The translations under genes were made by a program, and so were the position numbers. The notes under the pieces were generated by a model. It had not been told where the DNA came from. It made no database searches and worked only from the letters and a program-made list of their open reading frames with translations. From Iphione sp. A-MEVVRFRX5 (taxonomy: Eukaryota): DNA of 64,000 bases. Of this stretch, positions 38,287 through 49,957 are shown piece by piece. Within the stretch, counting starts at the first letter, position 1, and each line of letters opens with the position of its first letter. The stretch lies in NCBI GenBank assembly GCA_976226885.1, contig OZ320315.1, positions 84,258,001-84,322,000 on the forward strand. The letters are read 5' to 3'.

Positions 38287-41200
38287 CTGTAGCACAACGA
38301 AGACACAAGAAGGCTTAGCGATGCAGCGGTCAACGCAGTAAATAGGCTCCACAAACACATGGTTTATTAATAAAATCCTAGTGATAAATAATGTTAAATA
38401 AATACAGTGTGCATATTTCCATGTAGATTATTAACTGATGTTGGTAGTGCACATGTGTCGTAACCCTTGAAATTCTTCTTTATTAATGCATATATTTTTG
38501 GCTATTCTGATAACATGGTTTCAATCCTATTATATTCGTCATAGATTGCCGCTTAGGTATGTTCGTGTAACAAAATAAGGAGCCACCATCATCGACGAGG
38601 TTGTTCAGTGCTCGCCCAGTGATGTAATTACCACCTCTACAAACTGATGTCCTGATATGGCGCACTTCCTGACCGCGGGGGGAGGATACTGCAAGGCCCG
38701 CCCTCCTTGTCGCCCGATAACCTTATCAGTGCTTAACAGCATCGACTCCTTGAACGTGTTAAGGCCAGACACTAGGCACACAATGTAGTACGGGCAATCT
38801 AGAGGAGTCCACACCCGTGCCAGTGGCAGGTGGACAACTGGAAGTGGTCGCCTATAACGCTGTCCATAGTTCGGAATGATTTGAAACGGGCATAGGTTTT
38901 TTTTGCGGTGTGTCTGGATATTGACAACTCAATACCACTGAGATCATGCCGGAACATAGCCGAACAGACAAGTTCTCTCCAGTGCCTTTGTAATTGGTAA
39001 ACTTGGTCCTTCTCTAAGGTATACGATTTCCGATAAAGAAAAAAAACTATTTGCAAAGTCATGTCATATATTAAAAAGAGACAGCCTCGGAAGTCCAATA
39101 GGATGTAGGAGTTCTGCTATACATTGTACTGTATGAGAGAAAACGTACTATGGAGGAGCATACTTTCTTATTTGCACTAGATGTACGAGATACTGAATGA
39201 AAAATATACATGTATTATGATTCCTCGATTGTGTTTCTGCGGTGCCCAGAGCTATGCGTGATTTGAAGGACACAATAGTGTACTGTCCCGTCCTTTCAGT
39301 GTACCTGCACACACAACGACTGTTAGCAGGATTGATCCACAACTTGCACATGCACACATAGTCTGTATCATTTCGAAGGAGCGTGTTGTCTTCGTGTCAA
39401 CAATGTCTACCGTCGTCAGAGAGAGACACAGGGCTAGATCACATGGAGCAGCTTGTGGCAACTGAGGTGGGGGAGGGAGGCCTGGTGGTAGTGTGCAAAT
39501 GGGGAGGAAGAGTAGGGGGAAGGGGGCGGCTTGAAATTGGAGAGGAGTCTGGCTATGCAGCCTTCTGTTTGAAGACAACATGCAGCCGCTCCAAGTCGCA
39601 GTGAATTTCAAACAGGGCATCAGAGACTGATTAAGTGCCTGAATTTCTATACGGGCCTTGTGCTAACGTGTTCAGTTTTCGTGATGTTACTGAAATTGCT
39701 AACGATAAGCTACATCTAGAAACCGAATACAGTGTATATCACGTATTTACATTAAGGTGTAAACGTAGAAACAGCTAGTGGTATGCATTGTATATTTATA
39801 TACATGTAATCTGCCCTGTCAGATCATAGATAAGGGGATGTTCACATGATGGTCAGTCTACATCTCCAAGCACTTTTATGGTTACTGAAATTTACTCCGC
39901 TCTGGGCGTAACTTTCCTGATTTGTCCTTATACCCGGTTCCTTCACAAACTCAAAGGCTACCGTAGACGATAACCCCGATGAGTCAGAAAAAGCCTCGTT
40001 TACCTTCTACCTTACGACATTCTACGTTTGGCCTTTGTCGCCAATCCATGGCTCCTGCCCACATACTGCTCGCTCTCTGTCTACCCAAGACAGATGATCA
40101 TAGATGGGAGGGCATTACTCCAGCAGCAGGCACAAGTTATGCAGCTCAGTATAGGCGTCCCGCCGTCTGTAGAGAGAGGGCCGTGAGTGTTGGGCCGGGC
40201 ATCATTGATGGGGCGATCCGTCAAAGGGCCCTGACAGTCGCCGGCCACTGGCAGCCTCAGATAGCAGGGACCACAATACTGAATCCCAGGATGATACGCC
40301 AGGGGGCTGAGCCAGTGGCCCAAGACCTGGCCTATACAAAGTCAACATACCCGTCTAACAAGGTGACCTAACTATGCTGCCGTGACAGCAATGCAAGATC
40401 TGTCAGTGATCACATCATTACATTACTCATGCAACTTGATGTTCTCAACAAACACCTACAATGGTGCTAAAAGGTAACCACTGTAGTCTTCCTCTGATTA
40501 GTAGATTGTAATAGTTTTACAGGACATGTTCGCCAACATATCCTTTAAGGATTCCCACTTGCTGTTTTACTGTCATTCTAAAACATGTGCATGTATTTCA
40601 CATGAAGACCAGTCAGGTGAGGTCTGAGAAAAATGCCATATAGTACTAACAGCCGGTGTATCTTTGACGAAGTTAACCTGCGTCAGCTGTCCGCACAACC
40701 CCCCCCCCCCAACCTCACACTGACCCCTGGTGTCAAAGGTCTAGACTACAGGTGCTACATGTATAATAACACTATCTGTCGATCGATCACATTTCGCCTT
40801 TATAATGTCGAACACACGGACACGGTTTAATACAATATGTGCACATGTTCGGTTTTCTTTCATCTAGTGACATTTTTTATATCAGTTGTTTATAAAACCA
40901 CCCGAAGCGGAGTCCACTTTGCGGACTAAGGTCATGAATGTACCATTCGCTCTATTAGCTGGTAGCCAGGAAGGCAATCGATAAACATCAATACTCACCT
41001 TGTTACAAGGCTACCTGTCCGACCTTGACCTACATCCTCCCACTTCAGGGGTCGGCGAACAGTGTAACCGCCGTGACCCCTTATGGCAACAGACTCTTCA
41101 CACTCCATTAGACAGGTTGGTAGGCAGAACGCCAACAAAACGTTCCCATTATATCTCGACTAACCTCAATATAAGGGTAGGAAATTATCCTTATTTAGTC

Positions 41201-43480
41201 GTGAATGCGTGTAAGCAGATATCGGCTATGTTTGCAGCATTTAACGGATACAAAATGCTTGAAAACACAGACACGATATATTTAACTAGAACATCTTCTG
41301 CAGGCAGCAGTAGCATACTTGAGTAGATTTAATGCATAATGTGACTAAAGCTATTAGTAACAGATGATAACCAGGCCATAAACTAGCATCTGTTCTCGGC
41401 AACCTATTGATTTCGACGTTGAATCGATATTTCGTTATGAACAACACAGCTTTGCAGACGATCCTCGCGCACATTTGGTGAATGTTTATGAGGTAATTTC
41501 ACCAAGGCTTCAGGTGTTATTAGACATCAGATCGCATACATGTACCAAGCGTAATGTTCGCAATAAAATCCGTAAAATTACAAAATATGCTAAGCATCTG
41601 GACAAATATTTTATTGACTCGTTGAATCCGATAAACACTTAAATGGCATATTATTCGCCAGCTGTCACCGTTTAGTTGATTTTAACGTTCATGAAACGTC
41701 AGCCATGTTCCTATCAGACCAGCCGGTCTCGCCTTACTCCGGACTGCCTCGGCAAGGAACCCGCTGACAGGCTGGGCGATAATGAAGGTCACCTGCTCGC
41801 TCAGCACCTGCTGCGGTGGCTCTATAGATTCCGTGAACTCCTCCTAGGTCTACCTTTCCTTGCCTCTCTAGGGAGGACGAGGTGGAGGGACGGGGCTACT
41901 CTCTACCCGTGGAGACATAGTCGACCTTCTGAACAGGAACAGCAGCCCTCCATTGGGGTGCTGAGAGTGGACAATAATGGCGAGCCTGTGTGGCTATTTT
42001 CCCGTGAGCGGTTAAAGAGCAAAGAGCAGACTGCAGCCTACTTGCAAGGCAGAGATCCACAAAGGATCTTAGCAGTGACATTCCTAGATATTCGTACTCA
42101 AGACCAGACGGTAGACAGGCGCCATTACGGCTTCATTAGCTTCAGGTTGTTGTATGTATTTAGGCACTGCCGCCTATATACATGTACATGTATTCCTGGA
42201 ACTGGGCGGGGAAACGTTTCGGTTAGGTAAGATTTAGGGGACAGGACGCATAGCTAGACACTTACAAGGCGCCCTCAGTAACACTTTACACCAGAGTGTT
42301 CTGTGACATCATACGGATAAAGAGTACAGCTCGTTACTGAATGCATGCCGAAAGACGCTAATAGATACCCAGGGTAATAACTGTAGTTCACAATGCATAT
42401 GTAAGTATGTATATGTATTTTCCACATTAATATTAACGGCTGCCTTATGTTCGGCAGTAAAAAAAAAAGAGACACACTGCCTGGTGCTCAAGTCTGACTG
42501 AGAGGCATTGAAAGATTGCAGGGCTGCACCGAAATGTTTCATGCATTGTTCTAAAAGTTCCCGGCTTCTGTAATATCGCCTCTGAACGGCCATGGTCTCC
42601 TCCCAGCGGAACATGTTTGCCCTGTTTAGGCGGCTATTTGCTCAAACCGAGACGGCGGTCTGGATCAACCGAGATGCCCACTTCATGGGTGTGCAAATAT
42701 TTAATGCTAATTAGAGTCAATGAGGACCGCACCGATCCAGTGTGGACCATATACTGACTATCGAACTGGAAAGGGGAGGCTAAATCAATGATATAAACTA
42801 CCCTGCTGATTTGTTTTCATCATTCCCCACTAATCCAATACATGTATATAGATGGTATTTACTCCCGGTGTATACCCTGTATAATCCATCTTCGGTCTAA
42901 ATGCACTTGCAGTGCAGACGTCCCAAGTTTTTTTTCCTCGATAGCTCCTCGTGAAATGAGCTCATTATTTGGTGGGGATTTGTAGTGGCATTCTAAGTCA
43001 ATCTGATTAAATCATGAGAACATTTACATTGCAAAAACACGCATAACCGGGACATTGTGACTCCGTCAATGAACGAGGTGGCGTGGCAGGAGAGAAAAAG
43101 ACAACATAACGCGCTCAGCTCTTGTTCAAACAACATTTACAATTCAAATGGCCTTCTTGCTCGGTATGGCTCTTCGTGAGGCGTCCGATTTGACGGGTGG
43201 GCTCACAATCGGTGCTACCAATCCTTGCCGGCTCCCTGCTGCTGGCTTAGCTCATACAGAGTCATATATCACACTTATGACGAAAATCTATCCAGCCGTG
43301 CAAACTGACAGGGATAAACAATGTCTCTCTGCCTGGCCCTTTCAACTATCACTGCCTTGTCTTCTGTGTACATGTTGATATTTCTTTGTTTCTGCCGCTA
43401 TCTGTTTGTTTGGTGATCTGTCTTCTTCTGTGTCCGCCTGTCTATCACTATTTCTCCCTCTCCCTCTGCCCCCCCCTCCG

Positions 43481-43482
<2 letters not shown>

Positions 43483-43529
<47 letters not shown>
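43483..43529. repeat. (CT)n microsatellite
   Basis: Seen directly. Confidence 0.95.
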
Positions 43530-43533
<4 letters not shown>

Positions 43534-46009
43534 ACTTTTACTTCATTAGTCCCCAATGGAAATAAACATATTTATCAAACCCTTTTATGTATTAATGTAT
43601 ATGTTCGTGGAGTTGTGTACAGGTACATTTGTTCTTGCTGGTATAACATTTTTTTTTCTTTCGGTCATACCCACATGTTAAACAAAAAAATCGTGTAATT
43701 CTGTATGCCTACCATCGGACTGTGCGTTCTGAGACACATAAACGACGAGGAGACAATAGTGGCAGGAAGCGGAAAAGGGCTTTGTCCCCCATTACCTCTT
43801 TGAGCGAGCTTTTTACAGATGGAAATTGCCCACTTTTGCTTTGATTTCCCCATCAAACTGGCGGTTTAATTAGAGGCGTTTTGTTATCGATTCTGACCTT
43901 GCGTTCATATTGGGAATGATGAAGTCCAGAGGGGACCCCCTTGATCTACTTCTCACCATAATGTTGCAGGGCATGCGATGGTATGATAAACCATTCGCAG
44001 CATGAAAAGTTCCTCTTTTCGCAATAGATGGGTCCAATAAAGTCAGAGAAAAGGAGAAAAAAGAGTATCAAAACTTGTGTATAGACGGCGCAAAAAAGGA
44101 AAATGAATATCGTCGGAGCAGCATGGGAGAAAGCAGAGGAGAGAGGGGGGAGAGAGAGGGATAGAAAGAGAAGAGACTCAGTGTGAGGGAAGGGAGGTTT
44201 GGGGGGTGTCAGGATTGGGGAAGGGCAGTAGGGGATTAGGCCAAGGGGATGCACGTGGGAGACTGATGAGTTGAGAGCCACTTGTGGTCCACGTGCTGGG
44301 CAGGCTTGCGTCTGGGCGTGACTATGCCCTCATTTTCCACACCCTCCTGGATCAATGTACAATTAATATACATTGTCCCCACCTCCTCCAGACACGTTCC
44401 TCTGCCAATCCGTTCACGCCCACCGTATTTCCATCAGGCTTGCCCCGTAGACTTCGTATCACTCCAGTCTCTTACCTACATACGCGCTTGCACATCCCAG
44501 GGCCCTTTCATAAAGGCACACAGACTAGCCCTACCCCAACCACCACCCCCAAGAATCTCTGCAACAAGATCAATATTTCCAGTCTAAACGATCTACATTT
44601 ATTCCATTCAGTGCCAATTTTTCGCTTCCGCCATTGAGGCCTGTACTCCAGCCTGCGCGTAATGACAGTGTTCAGGACCATCCCTGCCGCATCATTTCAG
44701 CCCGGCCAACCAAGTTCTATCATCTGACCCATTTTTCCACAGCTTGCCGCCGCTTTTATCACCACTTCTGTGGGCGCGGACAAGGCGGAATCCAGCCCAG
44801 TAGTCGTCTGCCCGTTTCCCGCTTAAACCTTTGTTGGTGCAGAACCCTTTCGGAGGGGAAATAACAATTGATAACAAACCATTAAATCGTTGGGAAATAA
44901 TTACGCTCTGAGAACTTTACACGTAACACGAGGCGCTGCTGCTGAACTAGTTTACACGTAACACCGCTTTACCAGAGGAGCAGACCCAGCCCGAATGACT
45001 CGAATGCCTGCTCGCATGCAAACTCTTTTCCCCCCACAGTGCTTTATATTGTTAACAGCATGGGAGATTCACAGGTAGGCTCGCAGTGTTGAATCAGATG
45101 GGGTTCCGGTGAGTTTTACGGACAAATGCCCCCGTCTGGTAGGGTACTTCACGGGCGCTATGGTTCCTTCTTCCCACGCGGCTGTAGACCGGTGGCATTC
45201 CAACAAAAGGCACAGGATTCCTTAGCGAATCGCATATGTCGAGTGCAGTTTTTTCCTCTCTCTCTCACTCCGCTTGCGCCAGAACTTAAAATGCCAACTG
45301 CCCCCACCCCACTCTACTCGCCCATCTGCTTCCCAGCCTTCTCCAGACCATTTATTACTATCCATCACAACTTGTGTGGAAAAGTAGCTCTGGTGAACCA
45401 AACTAGGCGAAAGACTGCGGCATGGGAGAAAGTTTAGCCCAAGCCTTTTCTACCACGGATGACTTATAGAAAGAGCCCCCTCCCCTACATCAAGCAGTTG
45501 TTCTTCACACCTGCAAATTAACTTCGTGCTTTACTTTCCTAGCACTGCATTAGGTGGCTGGATCATGTTTGCGAGGCAACAATTTAATTAGTCTCCATTA
45601 CGGGCATTAACCCGCTAATGAAATATTCAGCCACGTCGGCGGTGATTTCCCTCCTGTAACATGCTTGTGGCACTCGCAGCTGGAGAGGCTTGTCGCGGAG
45701 GGCGATCGTCTAGGCATGCGCAGTAAAGCGGTCTATTCGGCATAGATTGGGTTAGGCTTCCCCCACTCGACGCAGATTGCACTTGATTCTGCCTATTTTT
45801 TTACCCATGCCTTCATGTGTGCCACATGGCCATCACTCAAGACCCCTTTACTCTTACCTCCTCTTCCATTGCGGGTCAGCCACAGCTGGCGCCCAATTGA
45901 CAGCGGTGTTAGCGACAACTTCCCCACTCAGGTGTGGTTCCTGAGGAAGGCACTTCTGTCATGCAACAAAGTGATTGTGCGGCACCCACCGTGAGCAAAT
46001 GTCTCCTTA

Positions 46010-46632
46010 GGCCGGCTTTCCATGCATACGGAAAATGCATCCGGAGTACGGACTCCGTAGTACAGAAAAATACGAACTCACTGTATCTAACAGAGGGTCA
46101 CCCATGTGTACGTGCTCCGTGCTCCATGTCCGGAGGTGAAAAACGAACTTGGGCCGTAAATTTACCGATTTTCCGGACTCCGGAGACCCCCACAGACCAG
46201 TAGGTCAGAGAAATGGAGGTTTGGAGCAGGACAGACACTGTCTGTCATATGACAGATGTTGTGAAAGATTTTTTAATTTGCATATCATTTGCCTAAAAAC
46301 TGCACAATTTCCACCGATCTGCTTCAAACTCCATGAAAAACCGCACAATTTCCACCAATATGCTTCAAACTCCATGCAAAACCGCACAATTTCCACCAAT
46401 ATGCTTCAAACTCCATGAAAAAACGCCCAATTTCACCAATATGCTTCCATCTCCACATACACATACAAATCTACATGCATAGTGACATTAATACCAGCCC
46501 CTGTCCATCTGGAAAGTCAGCCCATTTTCCGTACACATGGAAAGCCATAGCCTGAAGAGTCCGGAAAATAGGCCTAATTTCCGGATGGACTACGCTGTAC
46601 GGAAAAATCTCCGGATGCATGGAAAGCCGGCC
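46010..46632. mobile_element. Non-autonomous PIF/Harbinger-type DNA transposon (MITE), 623 bp, intact ends
   Basis: Perfect 18-bp TIRs GGCCGGCTTTCCATGCAT (46010-46027) and ATGCATGGAAAGCCGGCC (46615-46632), flanked by a TTA duplication (46007-46009 and 46633-46635). There are many subterminal TCCGGA/TACGGA motifs and no ORF. A TTA/TAA TSD with GG-starting TIRs is the PIF/Harbinger signature. Confidence 0.88.
46295..46455. repeat. 41-bp minisatellite, ~4 copies, inside the Harbinger MITE
   Basis: Unit approx. AAAACCGCACAATTTCCACCAATATGCTTCAAACTCCATGN; CCATG recurs at 46331, 46372 and 46413. Confidence 0.92.
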
Positions 46633-49600
46633 TTAGTCAGCTACTCACTCGGCGATCTCCCACACGATTTTTTTGATAGCATTACGTTACGGCTTACGTG
46701 GGGAACATTTCCCCTAGTTTTTCCCCCGACATTCATATTCCAAACCGTATTAGAAAAATAAACGTATCAAGTCCACATCCTTGACCAGTGTTTCGCTGCA
46801 GGCGCAACTGCCTAAGACACTGCGCACTCACACGATATCACTCACCGTCTGGAAATGATTAAATCTAATTGGGTCATCGCCAGGAGGTACACTCAAGTAA
46901 TTGGACGGAACAGAAGGCCGGTGGGACGGCCTTTCATGTTGTCGCCGGCAGCCGGACCACCTGGTTAGGGCCCTCAGGTGTATCCTCAGGTGTTATAGTG
47001 ACCGGTCATCGGGTGTGCAAGCTTTTCTGACCCCTCCTCACCCGGTTGAACGTGACGGGCAAAAATCGACATCGATGACCCTTCTTACACGGCAGACACT
47101 AGAGAGTGAGTCATCCTGCCAACCAGTACCCACAGAAATATCACACTGGTAGCCAATGTTATTAAAAAAAACATAGATCCTGATCCAAATGAATCTTCTC
47201 CTAAAGTCAGTGAAATAGCTCGTTCTCAAAGAGGTTTCCGCCTGAAACCTGACGGACAGTCTTTGGCTATGATTCGATTGGTCTTTGAGAGGCACGTTCG
47301 CGCTTTGTATCAGATAACAGTTTTTAGGAAGAAGGGTGGTAGCTGGGGGTACATTCAACTCCGGTGGTCGCCGCCCCTTTAGAGTGACCACAATTGACCG
47401 TGCAGGCTGGCCGCTCCGTGCTGGGGCCAGCACGGAGCCATCTGGCCCAGCTGACTACTCTCAAGCCGTGCCCCTCGTTACCCGTCCGCCTCACAATGGT
47501 CTATCCTGTCGTGACCAGAGCATGACCTCGCGCCGCAGATATCCTCTTCCTTCGCCCTCTTCTCACACCGCTACTGCCTCCTATTAAAGTATCTTCGTCT
47601 GTCTTTATCAGCGACAAAATGCATCGGAGCCAGGAAATTCTCAAGATAACAGTACATGTATACATCCATCCGGTAGAGACAAATGTTACTGCTGTATAAA
47701 TGAAAGTCCACATGACAGCGTATGATGGCGACTCCTCAGGACTATTTGTAGTCTCCAGAGGGGATGCTACAAAATAGTACAAGGGATAAGAAGTCTATAA
47801 CATCGTCATACTGCTTACTGCTGGTTGGTTTAGAGCCCAGTCGACACTGAGATATTGGTCGTCTTGGAGGCGTCATGGCGGGGAACATCGTGATGTATGG
47901 GTCACACACCCTGCCAGTTAGACCTGACGCGCAACGGTTTAATGGTCCACTAGAGGTGGGGATACGACCATGTCGAAAACCAAAAAGGTTTCTCTCTACA
48001 TAATACAACGGTTATGCTATCAGCCTGGAGCCCGTACCGCTTTAAAAATTGAAGCAGCTTATATAGCATGAGGAGTAGGGGCATGTACTACAGCCAAAGG
48101 TAATGGCTACCACATGGATGTGACGATGACAGGGAGGAAGGTGGATAAAAAACAGAGGACAGCAGCCGTGGGCGAGGGGTTAAGAGATGTAATGCCTGTG
48201 TATGGGGACCGCAACGACATCAACGCCCGAGATCAAACATGACCCGCGCACTCAGAGCGAAATAAAAGCGAGCCGACCTGCCACCTAGGTGGTAAATAAC
48301 GAGCTGCTCCAGCTGCTCGGGGAACGACTCGGGGAGCCTACAAACTTGGCCATCACACATATCATTGTGATGGAGGCTACGGTGCCCTCCATACAGAGTT
48401 AAAGAGGCCCGAGGACTGCGAGGACTGGAGTTCATGTATGCGCGCCAATATAAGAAACATAGATCTAGATTTAGTACGCGGAAGGAAAAAACCCACAGTA
48501 AGCCACCATGTATGAATATCATCAACAGAAGTGACCTCCTGTAAATAATAAAGATCTGTGTTATAAGATTAAGCTGATATAGGTATACTGTTCGTACCGA
48601 TGTAAGTATTAAAACTGAAACATATTTGCTCATTAGTACCACCGCTAAATTGATTGTTCTTCGCCAACCTGGAAATTGATCCCATTCCCTCTACTACTAA
48701 CTACTAAGAAGTATATGGAGATGGACGCCAGTCGCAGGCGCTAGACTCGCCCTGTAACATGAAGGCGCCATCGAGATGACGCCCGCGTTCCCGTTTGACA
48801 GTTTCCAAGGAAACAGCACCTGTTGGGGTGACATGAAGGGCTTTTAACGCTCATCTTTGTCACTGTGAACCATGACTCCCTTTAAGAGGCGTCCGCGTCC
48901 TGTCTATCTGTTAAACCCTAATGGCAACGCCTTTTCGTAAAATGTTTACATTATTGACAACAATAAGGTATAGCATCCAACGCCCCTAAACGATGATAAG
49001 CTTACACGAATCAATTATTGAACAGCGTGAAAATAATACCTTTGTGTTTGCACTACTATATTTGTTAGGCCTGTAGGAATGGTGCTGCAGGCAGGCAAGA
49101 GGAGTTATTTGAGGTTTTCCTCTGTTGCCCATGGTACAGTTTAATTTTACATAACTGATGGAAGCTGGGCGTGCATGGGGTCTCTAAGTGCCCTAGACGG
49201 TTTGTTGGTTGTGCTGCATTGTTGCTCAGTCCAACATTTACTAGACTTAATGCCCATTTTCATTCATCACCGAATCCATCAGCAGTTCGCTCGCAGGCCC
49301 AAAGCTCGGAGCACACAACCCCCGAAACACGTGCTGGCCGGTCATCCTAGCCGAGAGACAAATCCTCTTGCTAGCTTTTTTTCCCTAGGTTTTCTGTCCT
49401 AGTGGGTAATCCCTACCCCCCTTGTCTGTACTGCATTCCTGCATTAAGAATAAGATCTCAAACGGATGTCCCATACGGCGGAAAGGGGCTTCGAATTTCT
49501 ACGAATTAGGACTTTAGTTAATTATAAGCAAAGCATTGAAGTCCTGTAGCATCATGTGCTAGCCCATTTACTACTCGCCTTTCATTCGCTGGCCGAACCA

Positions 49601-49887
49601 GCCTTTCGGCGTATCTACTTACTGCTGAGACGGAAACCTGCCTAATGGAGATCCGCTAAAAGAAAACGGCGGGTTGGGCGACCATTCGGTGGTCCTGGAA
49701 AATGTGGCTCATCTGTTTAGTTCACAAGATGATGGCGTTTTATGGGCACATGAAAGACAGCAGAGGTGATGCTGGAGAGGTTTATGGGAGAATGCTCATG
49801 CCACATCTTATTACTGAGGTAATATTTAGTACATTCTACGTGACGGACTTCTTGCCAATCTCCCACACCACTGCTCTCCTTCATTGC

Positions 49888-49906
49888 CTCTCTCTCTTCT
49901 CTCTCC

Positions 49907-49953
<47 letters not shown>
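49888..49953. repeat. (CT)n microsatellite
   Basis: Seen directly; pure run 49909-49953. Confidence 0.95.

Positions 49954-49957
<4 letters not shown>

Noticed and set aside
24962-38775. Other TAA-GGCC starts (24962, 38760) as possible Harbinger ends
   Set aside because: No matching inverted partner end with a TSD was found.
42480-42614. Protein-looking ORF start MFRWEETMAVQRRYYRSRELLEQCMKHFG as an alternative first exon
   Set aside because: No canonical GT donor at a suitable position, and the ORF drifts into AT-rich intron-like sequence.
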